64,000 bases of DNA from Gemmatimonadales bacterium (GTDB taxonomy: Bacteria; Gemmatimonadota; Gemmatimonadetes; Gemmatimonadales; GWC2-71-9): the NCBI GenBank assembly GCA_041613315.1, contig JBFJHJ010000012.1:9731-73730 (forward strand), given 5' to 3'. Under the pieces are notes generated by a model. It was given only the letters and a program-made list of their open reading frames with translations. It was not told the DNA's origin and made no database searches. Shown here in pieces: positions 7,437 to 15,869 of the stretch. The position numbers were made by a program, and so were the translations under genes. Every line of letters starts with the position of its first letter. Position 1 is the first letter of the stretch.

Positions 7437-9014
7437 ATGCCAGTGAGCCGACTTCGCATCGGTATCCTCGACCTCGTCACCAAGGGTCCGACCAAGGCGT
7501 TTTACGCCCGGGTGATGCATGCCAATCTCGCGAGCATCATGCCTCAGGCCGTCGCCGTCTGGTGCGAGGAAGCCGGCCACGACGTCACCTTCGTGTGCTT
7601 CACCGGATTCGAAGACCTGCTGGAAGAGCTCCCCGATGACATGGATGTCCTGTTCATCGGGGCGTTCACGCAGGCGGCCCAGCTCTCCTACGCGCTGAGC
7701 AACATCTTCCGCCGACGTGGGGCGGTGACGGTGTTGGGTGGGCCGCACGCCCGCTGCTATCCGGATGATGCTCGGAAGTACTTCGACTATGTGGTGGGAT
7801 TCACCGACAAGACGGTGATCCAGGACATTCTCCAGGACTGCAGCGCGCATCGCCCGTACGGCGTCCACCTGAGCGCGGATCGGCAACCGCAGCACCTGCC
7901 CGGGGTCCGGGAGCGATGGAAGTTCATCGCCCCGACCATCGCCAAGGCGCCGACCAAGCTCAAAGGCGTGCCGATGATCGGCAGCCTCGGCTGTCCCTAC
8001 ACCTGCGAGTTCTGCATCGACTCGGTGGTGGACTACCAGCCGATGAGCTACGACCAGATCCGGGAAGATCTGCGGTTCCTCAACCAGCGGATGTCGCACG
8101 CGTGGGTCGGCTGGCACGACCCCAACTTCGGCGTGCGGTTCAACGACTACATGACGGCCATCGAGGACGCGATCCGTCCCGGCTCGATCACCTTCGCGGC
8201 CGAGAGCAGCCTCTCGCTCCTCTCGGAGTCCAACGTGAAGCGGATGCGGGCCGCGGGCTTCAAGGTCCTCCTGCCCGGGGTCGAGTCCTGGTTCTCCCTA
8301 GGGAACAAGTCGAAGACCGGCCGCAAACAGGGGCTCGACAAGGTGGCCCAAGTCTCGGACCACGTGAACATGCTGCTGGAGCACGTGTCGTACGTACAGG
8401 CGAACTTCGTGGTCGGCCTGGACGTGGATGAGGGCGACGAGCCGTTCGAGCTCACCAAACGCTTCATCGACCGAACGCCCGGAGCGTTCCCCGGCTATTC
8501 CTTGCTCTCGGCCTTCGGCGAAGCGGCGCCCCTCAACCTCGAGTTCCAACGCGACGGCCGGGTGCTGCCGTTCCCGTTCCACTTCCTGAACAACAACCAG
8601 GCGATGAACGTCCGGCCCAAGCATTACGCGTGGCCGGATTTCTACGACCGCGTCATCGATCTCACGAAGTACTCGTTCTCGTGGCGGGCGATCTACCGTC
8701 GAGCCCGGGCGACGCAACGCGGGTTCGCCACCTGGATGAATGTCATCCGCGCGGTCTCGTCGGAGGGCTTCGGGCGCATCAAGTACTTCCGGAAGGTGCG
8801 GCGCCTGCTCGACGAGGATCGCCAGTTCCGGGCATTCTTCGAGGGCGAGGCGACCGAGATCCCGGCCTTCTTCGTCGACCGGGTGAAGCGGGACCTGGGG
8901 CACCTGTGGCCTCACCTGCCGCCGGGCGCGCTACACCACGATCCCCTGGCGTACCTGAAGAAGACCCGCGCTCAGGCGCAGCTCGGGACCACCCCGGCGG
9001 CGTCGCTGGCGTAG
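7437..9014 (+). CDS. B12-binding-domain radical SAM protein
   Basis: N-terminal Rossmannoid segment (LFIGAFTQAA..GAVTVLGGPHA), SLGCPYTCEFC, WHDPNF, ANFVVGLD. Confidence 0.85.
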   Translation: MPVSRLRIGILDLVTKGPTKAFYARVMHANLASIMPQAVAVWCEEAGHDVTFVCFTGFEDLLEELPDDMDVLFIGAFTQAAQLSYALSNIFRRRGAVTVLGGPHARCYPDDARKYFDYVVGFTDKTVIQDILQDCSAHRPYGVHLSADRQPQHLPGVRERWKFIAPTIAKAPTKLKGVPMIGSLGCPYTCEFCIDSVVDYQPMSYDQIREDLRFLNQRMSHAWVGWHDPNFGVRFNDYMTAIEDAIRPGSITFAAESSLSLLSESNVKRMRAAGFKVLLPGVESWFSLGNKSKTGRKQGLDKVAQVSDHVNMLLEHVSYVQANFVVGLDVDEGDEPFELTKRFIDRTPGAFPGYSLLSAFGEAAPLNLEFQRDGRVLPFPFHFLNNNQAMNVRPKHYAWPDFYDRVIDLTKYSFSWRAIYRRARATQRGFATWMNVIRAVSSEGFGRIKYFRKVRRLLDEDRQFRAFFEGEATEIPAFFVDRVKRDLGHLWPHLPPGALHHDPLAYLKKTRAQAQLGTTPAASLA

Positions 9015-9148
9015 CGTCCGCACCCTCCCGCGCCACCGGTTAGAAGGGGAAGCGCGAGCCGCACACGACGAGAGGTGTCGGATATGGCAACCCGGCGCCT
9101 CTGCCGCTTCCGCCCGTTCCCCCCCCGGTCCGGGAGCGCGGGGCGGGA

Positions 9149-9739
9149 TTATTGGATCATTTCGGACAGTGCCGCCTGCAGACTCGCCAGCATGAGCCGC
9201 ACTTGTCCGGGCAGCCGGACCCGCCACCCCTCGCCCGTCCGCATCACCGTCACCACCTCCACGTCGCTGAAGGGGTTGCCGTCCACGTTGGTAGTGATGC
9301 GCGCGAGGACGTGTACGAGGGCGGCCCCCTCCGGCACTTCCCCCACGATCCGGAACGAGGCGTCGGCCAGCACTTCGAGCGGATTCCCGCCCTGCTCGGT
9401 ACTGAATTCCAGGAACCGCGCGAACACCCGGGCCGGGTCGAGCTGGTTCAGCTCGGCCGGGCTCGCCACCTCGAACAGGCCGAGGATTTCGCCGCCCGCC
9501 TCGGTGCCCGCAAACGCGACGAACGTGCTCCTGAACGCCGCCAGGCCCTCCGGCTCCAGGAGTCGGGCCGCGGCCACCATGCTGTCGGTGGCGAGCGCCG
9601 CGTAGTAGTCGTACGCCACCGCGGCGGCCGTGCCGGAAGCGGGCCGGGCGGCGGTCGAGTCGGGGACTTGGGCCGCGAGGGGCGTTGTCAGGAGCCACGC
9701 GGCGATCACGGCCGCGGTCCGGATGGGGCGCGAGGGCAT
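9149..9739 (-). CDS. Hypothetical exported protein
   Basis: Signal peptide ending PLAA-Q, GGAG RBS, alpha/beta body ending in a GWRV strand. Confidence 0.7.
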   Translation of the reverse strand: MPSRPIRTAAVIAAWLLTTPLAAQVPDSTAARPASGTAAAVAYDYYAALATDSMVAAARLLEPEGLAAFRSTFVAFAGTEAGGEILGLFEVASPAELNQLDPARVFARFLEFSTEQGGNPLEVLADASFRIVGEVPEGAALVHVLARITTNVDGNPFSDVEVVTVMRTGEGWRVRLPGQVRLMLASLQAALSEMIQ

Positions 9740-9858
9740 GTGGGTCTCCAGGTCGGTGTGGCACGGGCCCGTCGCGGCCGGTTCTCACCCACGCCTCGGG
9801 GGGCGGAAGACAGAGCGAGGCCGCATCCGGCGGGCGGAGCGGCCCCGGTGAGACGGGA

Positions 9859-9948
9859 CGGAGAGGGGGGGATTCGAACCCCCGATAGGGTTTTTGACCC
9901 TATAACGGTTTAGCAAACCGCCGCCTTCAGCCGCTCGGCCACCTCTCC
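9859..9948 (-). tRNA. tRNA-Ser(GCT)
   Basis: Reverse complement GGAGAGGTGGCCGAGCGGCTGAAGGCGGCGGTTT-GCT-AAACCG, long variable arm, GGTTCGAATCC, discriminator G; CCA not encoded. Confidence 0.96.
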
Positions 9949-10158
9949 AACGACAGGCGGTAGGGCGGAACGTCGCGCCGCCGCGCCTCGGTGCTCAGGT
10001 GAGCCCTCACGCCCCTTGGGCCCGCGAAACCTACGCCGCCCGGACAGTGGAAGCAACGCGCGCGCCGGCGGTTCCTGCCGCGGCGGATCGGGACCTTCTA
10101 TCTTTCGCGCGGGCTGCGGACTGCAGGATCCCTTCTCGGTTACGAAAGAAGCCGTGTC

Positions 10159-11865
10159 ATGAGCGGGACGCCAAAGAAGCAGGACTTCATCCGTGCGATG
10201 GTCGCCCGCGACGTCGAGGCGGAGAAGTACGATCGTCACGTCATGACGCGCTTCCCGCCCGAGCCCAACGGCTACCTCCATATCGGTCACGCCAAGTCGG
10301 TGTGCCTCAACTTCGGCATCGCCGAGGAGTTCGCCGGCGCGTGCAACCTGCGCTTCGACGACACGAATCCGACGACCGAGGACCTGAGCTACGTCGAGGC
10401 GATCCAGCAGGATGTGCGCTGGCTGGGCTTCGACTGGGAGGATCGGCTCTACTTCGCGTCGGACTACTTCGAGCAGCTGTACGGGTTCGCCGTGCGGCTG
10501 ATCGAACGGGGGAAGGCGTTCGTGGACAGCGCGAGCGAGGCCGAGATCCGCGAGGCCCGCGGCACGGTGAACGCACCGGGCCGGGAGAGCCCGTTCCGGA
10601 CGCGCTCGGTGGCGGAGAACCTCGACTTGTTCCGGCGGATGCGCGCGGGGGAGTTCCCCGACGGAGCCCACGTGCTGCGTGCGAAGATCGACATGACCCA
10701 TCCCAACATGCTGATGCGCGATCCGCTGCTGTATCGCATCCGGCACGCGCACCACTACCGGACCGGCGATGCGTGGTGCCTCTACCCGCTCTACGACTTC
10801 GCCCACTGCCTGTCGGACGCGATCGAAGGGATCACGCACTCGCTGTGCACCCTCGAGTTCAAGGACAACCGGGAGTTGTACGACTGGATCCTCCGGGAGG
10901 TCGGGTTCGAGCGGCCGCCCGAGCAGACCGAGTTCGCGCGGCTCAACCTCGAGCACACGGTCTTGAGCAAACGTCGTCTCGTGCAGCTCGTGAAGCAGGG
11001 ACACGTGAGCGGGTGGGACGACCCACGGATGCCTACCATCGCGGGGCTCCGGCGCCGAGGGGTGACCCCGGCGGCGCTCCGCAGCTTCTGTGACATGATC
11101 GGCGTCGCGCGGGTGGACAGCCGGGTGGACATCGGGAAGCTCGAGTATGCCATCCGGGACGACTTGAACCCCAACGTGCCGCGGGTGATGGCCGTCCTCC
11201 GCCCGCTCAAGCTCGTGATCGTGAACTACTCTGAAGGCCGGGTCGAGCAGCTGGACGCGCCGCTCTACCCGCGCGACGTCCCCAAGGAAGGTACGCGGCC
11301 GGTCCCCTTCTCGCGTGCGCTCTACATCGAGCGGGACGACTTCCTGGAGGACCCGCCCAAGGGATTCTTCCGGCTCGCGCCGGGACGGGAGGTGCGGCTC
11401 CGCTACGCCTACTTCGTGACCTGCGTGGACGTGGTCAAGGACGCGGCCGGTGAGATCACCGAGGTGCACTGCACGTACGACCCCGCGACGAAAGGCGGCG
11501 ATGCGCCGGACGGCCGCAAGGTGAAGGGGACGCTGCACTGGGTCTCGGCGGCGCACGCGCTCCGGGCCCAGGTGCGGCTGTACGACCGGCTGTTCGTGAA
11601 GCCCGATCCGGACGATGTCGGCGAGGGGGAGGCGTTCACCGACTCGCTCAACCCCGAGTCGCTGGTCGTGTTGCCGGAGGCCCGGGTCGAGCCCAGCGTG
11701 GCAGACGATCCGCCGGGGACGCGGTATCAGTTCGAGCGGCAGGGCTACTTCGTGAGCGATCCGGTGGAGTCGCGTTCCGGCGCGCTGGTCTTCAACCGGA
11801 CCGTGACGCTGCGGGATACCTGGGCGAAGATTCAGGCGAAGACGGCGGCGGCGACGGGCAGCTAG
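10159..11865 (+). CDS. glnS: Glutamine--tRNA ligase
   Basis: TRFPPEPNGYLHIGHAK, LRFDDTNP, YPLYDFAH, VLSKR, GWDDPRMPT, KVKGTLHWVS, QFERQGYF. Confidence 0.97.
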   Translation: MSGTPKKQDFIRAMVARDVEAEKYDRHVMTRFPPEPNGYLHIGHAKSVCLNFGIAEEFAGACNLRFDDTNPTTEDLSYVEAIQQDVRWLGFDWEDRLYFASDYFEQLYGFAVRLIERGKAFVDSASEAEIREARGTVNAPGRESPFRTRSVAENLDLFRRMRAGEFPDGAHVLRAKIDMTHPNMLMRDPLLYRIRHAHHYRTGDAWCLYPLYDFAHCLSDAIEGITHSLCTLEFKDNRELYDWILREVGFERPPEQTEFARLNLEHTVLSKRRLVQLVKQGHVSGWDDPRMPTIAGLRRRGVTPAALRSFCDMIGVARVDSRVDIGKLEYAIRDDLNPNVPRVMAVLRPLKLVIVNYSEGRVEQLDAPLYPRDVPKEGTRPVPFSRALYIERDDFLEDPPKGFFRLAPGREVRLRYAYFVTCVDVVKDAAGEITEVHCTYDPATKGGDAPDGRKVKGTLHWVSAAHALRAQVRLYDRLFVKPDPDDVGEGEAFTDSLNPESLVVLPEARVEPSVADDPPGTRYQFERQGYFVSDPVESRSGALVFNRTVTLRDTWAKIQAKTAAATGS

Positions 11866-11900
11866 CCGCGAGTCCCCAGGCGTCGGCCTGTGCGCCCGAT

Positions 11901-11932
11901 CGCCCGACCGCCTGTCCGCCCGACCGCCTGTC
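11901..11932. repeat. 16-bp perfect tandem direct repeat (CGCCCGACCGCCTGTC x2)
   Basis: Read directly between the glnS stop and the tRNA 3' end. Confidence 0.8.
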
Positions 11933-11936
11933 GCTA

Positions 11937-12020
11937 CGGAGGGCGAGGGATTCGAACCCCCAAGGGCTTGCGCCCGGCGGTTTTCAAGACCGCTGCCTTA
12001 CCAGTTAGGTCTAGCCCTCC
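11937..12020 (-). tRNA. tRNA-Ser(TGA)
   Basis: Reverse complement GGAGGGC..GCGGTCT-TGA-AAACCGC, variable arm GGGC-GCAA-GCCC, GGTTCGAATCC; CCA not encoded. Confidence 0.93.
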
Positions 12021-12032
12021 CGTGCCGCCGGT

Positions 12033-12062
12033 AAGGTAGGGAGCGGGAGCCGGTGGGGTCAA
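12033..12062 (-). promoter_or_regulatory. sigma70-like promoter of tRNA-Ser(TGA)
   Basis: TTGACC-18nt-TACCTT just upstream of the tRNA 5' end. Confidence 0.6.
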
Positions 12063-12168
12063 CGGAACCGGCGGCGGTGGCCGCCGGCCCGCGGGCGGTC
12101 GCGGGCGGCGCCCTGCGAGGGCGTCGCATAGCGAGGAAACGTTCACCCTTTCTTCACGGTCACCCTCC

Positions 12169-12198
12169 TTGACGCCGTCGATGGGGGTCCTCTAGCTT
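12169..12198 (+). promoter_or_regulatory. sigma70-like promoter upstream of the SusC-1 leader
   Basis: TTGACG-18nt-TAGCTT. Confidence 0.5.
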
Positions 12199-12598
12199 TC
12201 GCACGCTCGTTTTAGGAGTCAAAGCGGCGTACGGCGCCTGTCTGGTCCGGATCAGAGTGGTCTGGCGGCAGAGCAAGTCCGTAGCCGCGACGCGGAGCGG
12301 CACCCTTTCTGCCTGCTATGCGTTGTCGCGCAGGGCCCGGGTCGTTGGGTACCGTGGCACATTCGCCACGGTTCGAGTCTCGAATGGCTCAGGTATGGCT
12401 CGTAATTTCCCCGGTACGACTGTCCGGTGCCGCGGTCTCGCGGTGCACCACTCCGGCTATTCCCCTCATTATGGCGTGGCAAGCCGCGTCCTCATCGATC
12501 ACCGCGGACGACCGGGGCGGTCGTCGGCGCGAGCGCAGATTCCCTCACGCGTTCGCGCCATTTTCTGCATTCCTTATCAACAAACAGGAGGTCTCGTG

Positions 12599-15500
12599 AT
12601 GAAGCATCACGTCGTTGAACGCTGGGCGACCGCGCGGCCGCGCCTGGGCATGCTCGCCACCGTTGTGGCCGGCGTCGCCCTCTGGCTCTTCGGCGGCGCC
12701 GGTATCGTCCACGCGCAAGCCACGCTGCGCGGCACCGTGAGTGGTGCCGACGGTCAGCCGATCGAAGGGGCGGAGGTGCAGATCCTCACCCTTCAGGTCT
12801 CCACCACGACCGGGGCGGACGGCACCTATTCGCTCCTCGTGCCCGCGGCGCGCCTCGCGGGTCCCGTGGCGGTGCAAGTCGTCGCTCGGCGCATCGGCCT
12901 CAGGGCCCAGCGGGTGAACGTGACCGTGAGCCCCGGGGCTACGCTGCAGCAGAACTTCCGGTTGGAGGCCGACCCGTTCATGCTCGACGCGGTCGTCGTG
13001 ACGGGGCAGGGGCTTACCGAAACCCGCCAAAAGCTGGGTGTGACGATCAACTCCGTGGACGCCCAGGACATCGTGGACAGCCGGGAGACGAACGTCGTCG
13101 CCGCGCTGGCGGGCAAGGCACCCAACGTCGAGGTGACCAAGTCGGCGGGCGACCCGGGGGCGGGGACGTACATCCGTATCCGTGGCTCGAAATCCGTCTC
13201 CGGCGGCACCCAGCCGCTCATCGTCGTGGACGGTCAGCCCATCAACAACACGAGCCATACCATTGAGACCACGGTCGCCGGCACGGTCTACCAGAACCGG
13301 GCGGCGGACCTCAACCCGAGCGACATCGCGAGCATCGAGATCCTGAAGGGCCCGGCGGCCGGCGCCATCTACGGCTCGCGCGCGTCCAGCGGTGTCGTGC
13401 TGATCACGACCAAGTCGGGGCAGCGCAACACCTCCCGGATGTCCCTCAGCTCGACCTATTCCTGGGACAAGGTCAACAAGTCGGTCCCCCTGCAGCGGCA
13501 GTTCCGGCTCGGGACCGACCAGGCGGCCGTGGGCGGCACCGGCAACAACCCGGCGGGCGTCCGCGCGTGGGGCACGCCGCTCGCGTCCGATGAGCCGAGT
13601 TACGATCACTTTGGCGAGCTGTTCCGGAACGGGCACCAGTTCGACAACACGCTCACGCTGTCGGGCGGCACGGACCTGACGACGTACTACCTATCGCTCG
13701 GGTATCTGAATCACGACGGCGTGATCGCGGGCAACTCGGCGTACGACCGGTTCACGGCGCGCCTCAAGGGGTCCCACGACTTCGCGTCGAATCTCAACGT
13801 GGGCGCCAACATCTCGTACACGTCGAGCACCGGTGACCTCGTGCAGACGGGTTCGAACATCAGCGGGCTGCTACTCGGCGGGCTGCGGACGCCGCCCGAG
13901 TTCAACAACCTGCCGTACCTCGATGCACAGACCGGGCTGCACCGGTCGTACCGGACCCCGAATCCGACGACTGTGAGCCAGAGCCGCGGCTTCGACAACC
14001 CGTTCTGGATCGCGAACGAGATCCTGAACACGACGGAAGTCGATCGCGTGTTCGGGAACGTCACGATCGACTACCAGCCGTTCCCGTGGCTCAACCTGAG
14101 CTACATGCTGGGAGCGGACTTCGCCAACGATCAGCGCCTGACGCTCTTCCCCAAAGGGTCGTCGGACTTCCCCGACGGGCGGATCATCCGTGCCGAGCTG
14201 GTGGACAAGAGCTGGGACCATTCGCTGCTCGCAACGGTCTCACGCGAAGAGAGTGCGGATCTGTCGTGGAGCGTGACCGTCGGTCAGAACCTCAACCAGG
14301 TCGAGTTCCGCCGGTACCAGGTCAACGGATTCAATCTGATTTTCGGCACGCAGCTCCTCGATTTCACGGTGGACCGCACGCCGAACGAGTTCGTCTCGAA
14401 GATCCGCACCGACGGGTACTTCGCGCAGGGCAACGTCGATCTCTATGGGCAGCTCTACCTCTCCGGGGTGCTGCGGCTGGACGGCTCCAACACGTTCGGC
14501 GGCGAGATCGATACGGTAACGGGCCAGGCGGAGTCCAGCCGGTTCCTGTATCCCAAGGGGAGCGTCGCCTGGCAGTTCCACCGCTACGTGCCGTTCTTCG
14601 ACTTTGCCAAGCTGCGGTTTGCCTACGGCCAGGCCGGAAAGCAGCCGCCGATCTTCTCGAACGTCAGCGCGTTTACGACCGGGACTTTCACGGACGGGTG
14701 GCTGTCGCCGAACGGCCTCAACTCGATCTACGCCGGTATCGACGGCGTGTTCTCACAGAACACGTTGGGCAATGCGGCGATCGAGCCTGAGAAGACGACG
14801 GAGGTCGAGGTCGGAACCGACCTCACGTTCCTGGACTCCCGGGTCTCCCTCGCCGTCACGTACTACCGTGACAAGACCGATGGCGCGATTCTGAGTCTCC
14901 CCATCGCCCCGACGACGGGCTATGGCGCCGTTCAGGCCAACGGGGCGGCGTGGCGGAACTGGGGATGGGAGAGCACGCTCGACGTCCTGCCGGTGCAGGC
15001 GTCGAATTTCGCCTGGAAGATCGGGCTCCAGTGGGCGACGAACAAAAGCATGGTGGATACGCTCCTGGGCGCGGAAGAGATCGGCCTCTCGGGCTTCACC
15101 GGCGGGACGGCGTCCATCGTCCAGGGTCAGCCGTTCCCGGTCTTCTTCGGCCGGGACTTCGTCCGCTTCGGTCGGAGCCTGCTGGTCAGTGGTGTGGACA
15201 TCGACCAGACCTATGCCGGGCAGTGGAGCGCGGGTGACCTCTATATCGCCGCGGACGGGTTCCCGCGCCTGGATCCGCAGGAGCGGGTCCTCGCCGACCT
15301 GAGCCCCAAGTGGACTGGCAGCGTGCGCAACACCTTCACGCTGTTCGGGAAGGTGCGCGTGTCGTCGCTGTTCGACGTCAAGCACGGCGGCTTCACGTGG
15401 AACGGTACGAAGGGCGCGCTGGTCAGCTACGGCACCGCCGCGGTCACCATCCCGTGGCATGGCGCCGGAGCGGACACGGTGTTCCCCGGCGCCGGACCGG

Positions 15501-15838
15501 GGGCAGGCCAGACCGTGAAGCTGAACTGGTCCACGTGGGGCCAGAACGGTCTCGGCAGCGGGTTCAACGGGCCGCGGTCGCTGTACGTCGAGCCGTCGGG
15601 GTTCGTGAAGCTCCGGGATATCTCGGTGGCCTTCACGCTGGACGGCCGGTGGCTGCGCCAGATCGGTTTCCAGACGCTCGATGTGACGCTGAGCGGACGG
15701 AACCTGGCGACGTGGACCGACTACACGGGCATCGATCCTGAATCGAACCTGAACGGCCAGACGACGGGGCGCGGGCTGGAGTACTTCAACCACCCGCAGA
15801 CCCGGTCCTTCGTCGTCGGCTTCACCCTTCACCGATAG
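12599..15838 (+). CDS. SusC/RagA-family TonB-dependent transporter (copy 1)
   Basis: AGGAGG RBS; signal peptide, CarboxypepD-reg-like N-domain, TonB box LDAVVVTG, plug PLIVVDG..DLNPSDIASIEILKGPAAGAIYGSRA, barrel end YTGIDPE..P..RSF. Confidence 0.95.
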   Translation: MKHHVVERWATARPRLGMLATVVAGVALWLFGGAGIVHAQATLRGTVSGADGQPIEGAEVQILTLQVSTTTGADGTYSLLVPAARLAGPVAVQVVARRIGLRAQRVNVTVSPGATLQQNFRLEADPFMLDAVVVTGQGLTETRQKLGVTINSVDAQDIVDSRETNVVAALAGKAPNVEVTKSAGDPGAGTYIRIRGSKSVSGGTQPLIVVDGQPINNTSHTIETTVAGTVYQNRAADLNPSDIASIEILKGPAAGAIYGSRASSGVVLITTKSGQRNTSRMSLSSTYSWDKVNKSVPLQRQFRLGTDQAAVGGTGNNPAGVRAWGTPLASDEPSYDHFGELFRNGHQFDNTLTLSGGTDLTTYYLSLGYLNHDGVIAGNSAYDRFTARLKGSHDFASNLNVGANISYTSSTGDLVQTGSNISGLLLGGLRTPPEFNNLPYLDAQTGLHRSYRTPNPTTVSQSRGFDNPFWIANEILNTTEVDRVFGNVTIDYQPFPWLNLSYMLGADFANDQRLTLFPKGSSDFPDGRIIRAELVDKSWDHSLLATVSREESADLSWSVTVGQNLNQVEFRRYQVNGFNLIFGTQLLDFTVDRTPNEFVSKIRTDGYFAQGNVDLYGQLYLSGVLRLDGSNTFGGEIDTVTGQAESSRFLYPKGSVAWQFHRYVPFFDFAKLRFAYGQAGKQPPIFSNVSAFTTGTFTDGWLSPNGLNSIYAGIDGVFSQNTLGNAAIEPEKTTEVEVGTDLTFLDSRVSLAVTYYRDKTDGAILSLPIAPTTGYGAVQANGAAWRNWGWESTLDVLPVQASNFAWKIGLQWATNKSMVDTLLGAEEIGLSGFTGGTASIVQGQPFPVFFGRDFVRFGRSLLVSGVDIDQTYAGQWSAGDLYIAADGFPRLDPQERVLADLSPKWTGSVRNTFTLFGKVRVSSLFDVKHGGFTWNGTKGALVSYGTAAVTIPWHGAGADTVFPGAGPGAGQTVKLNWSTWGQNGLGSGFNGPRSLYVEPSGFVKLRDISVAFTLDGRWLRQIGFQTLDVTLSGRNLATWTDYTGIDPESNLNGQTTGRGLEYFNHPQTRSFVVGFTLHR

Positions 15839-15869
15839 GCCGCGGGGCGCGGAAAGAAAGGAACACGAC

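Noticed and set aside
3884..9014. RiPP cluster interpretation of the two radical SAM genes
   Set aside because: No precursor peptide, RRE/SPASM motif, protease or exporter nearby; the first enzyme matches the Tes family
9859..12020. tRNA genes as integration sites for the SusCD region
   Set aside because: No integrase, no duplicated tRNA 3' end seen, and the SusCD region lies on the tRNA 5' side
12257..12598. N-terminal extension of the SusC-1 ORF (similarly gltX 7239-8117, SusD-2 23156-23650, bioY 61607-62467)
   Set aside because: RBSs, stop/start overlaps, signal peptides and family N-termini place the real starts downstream
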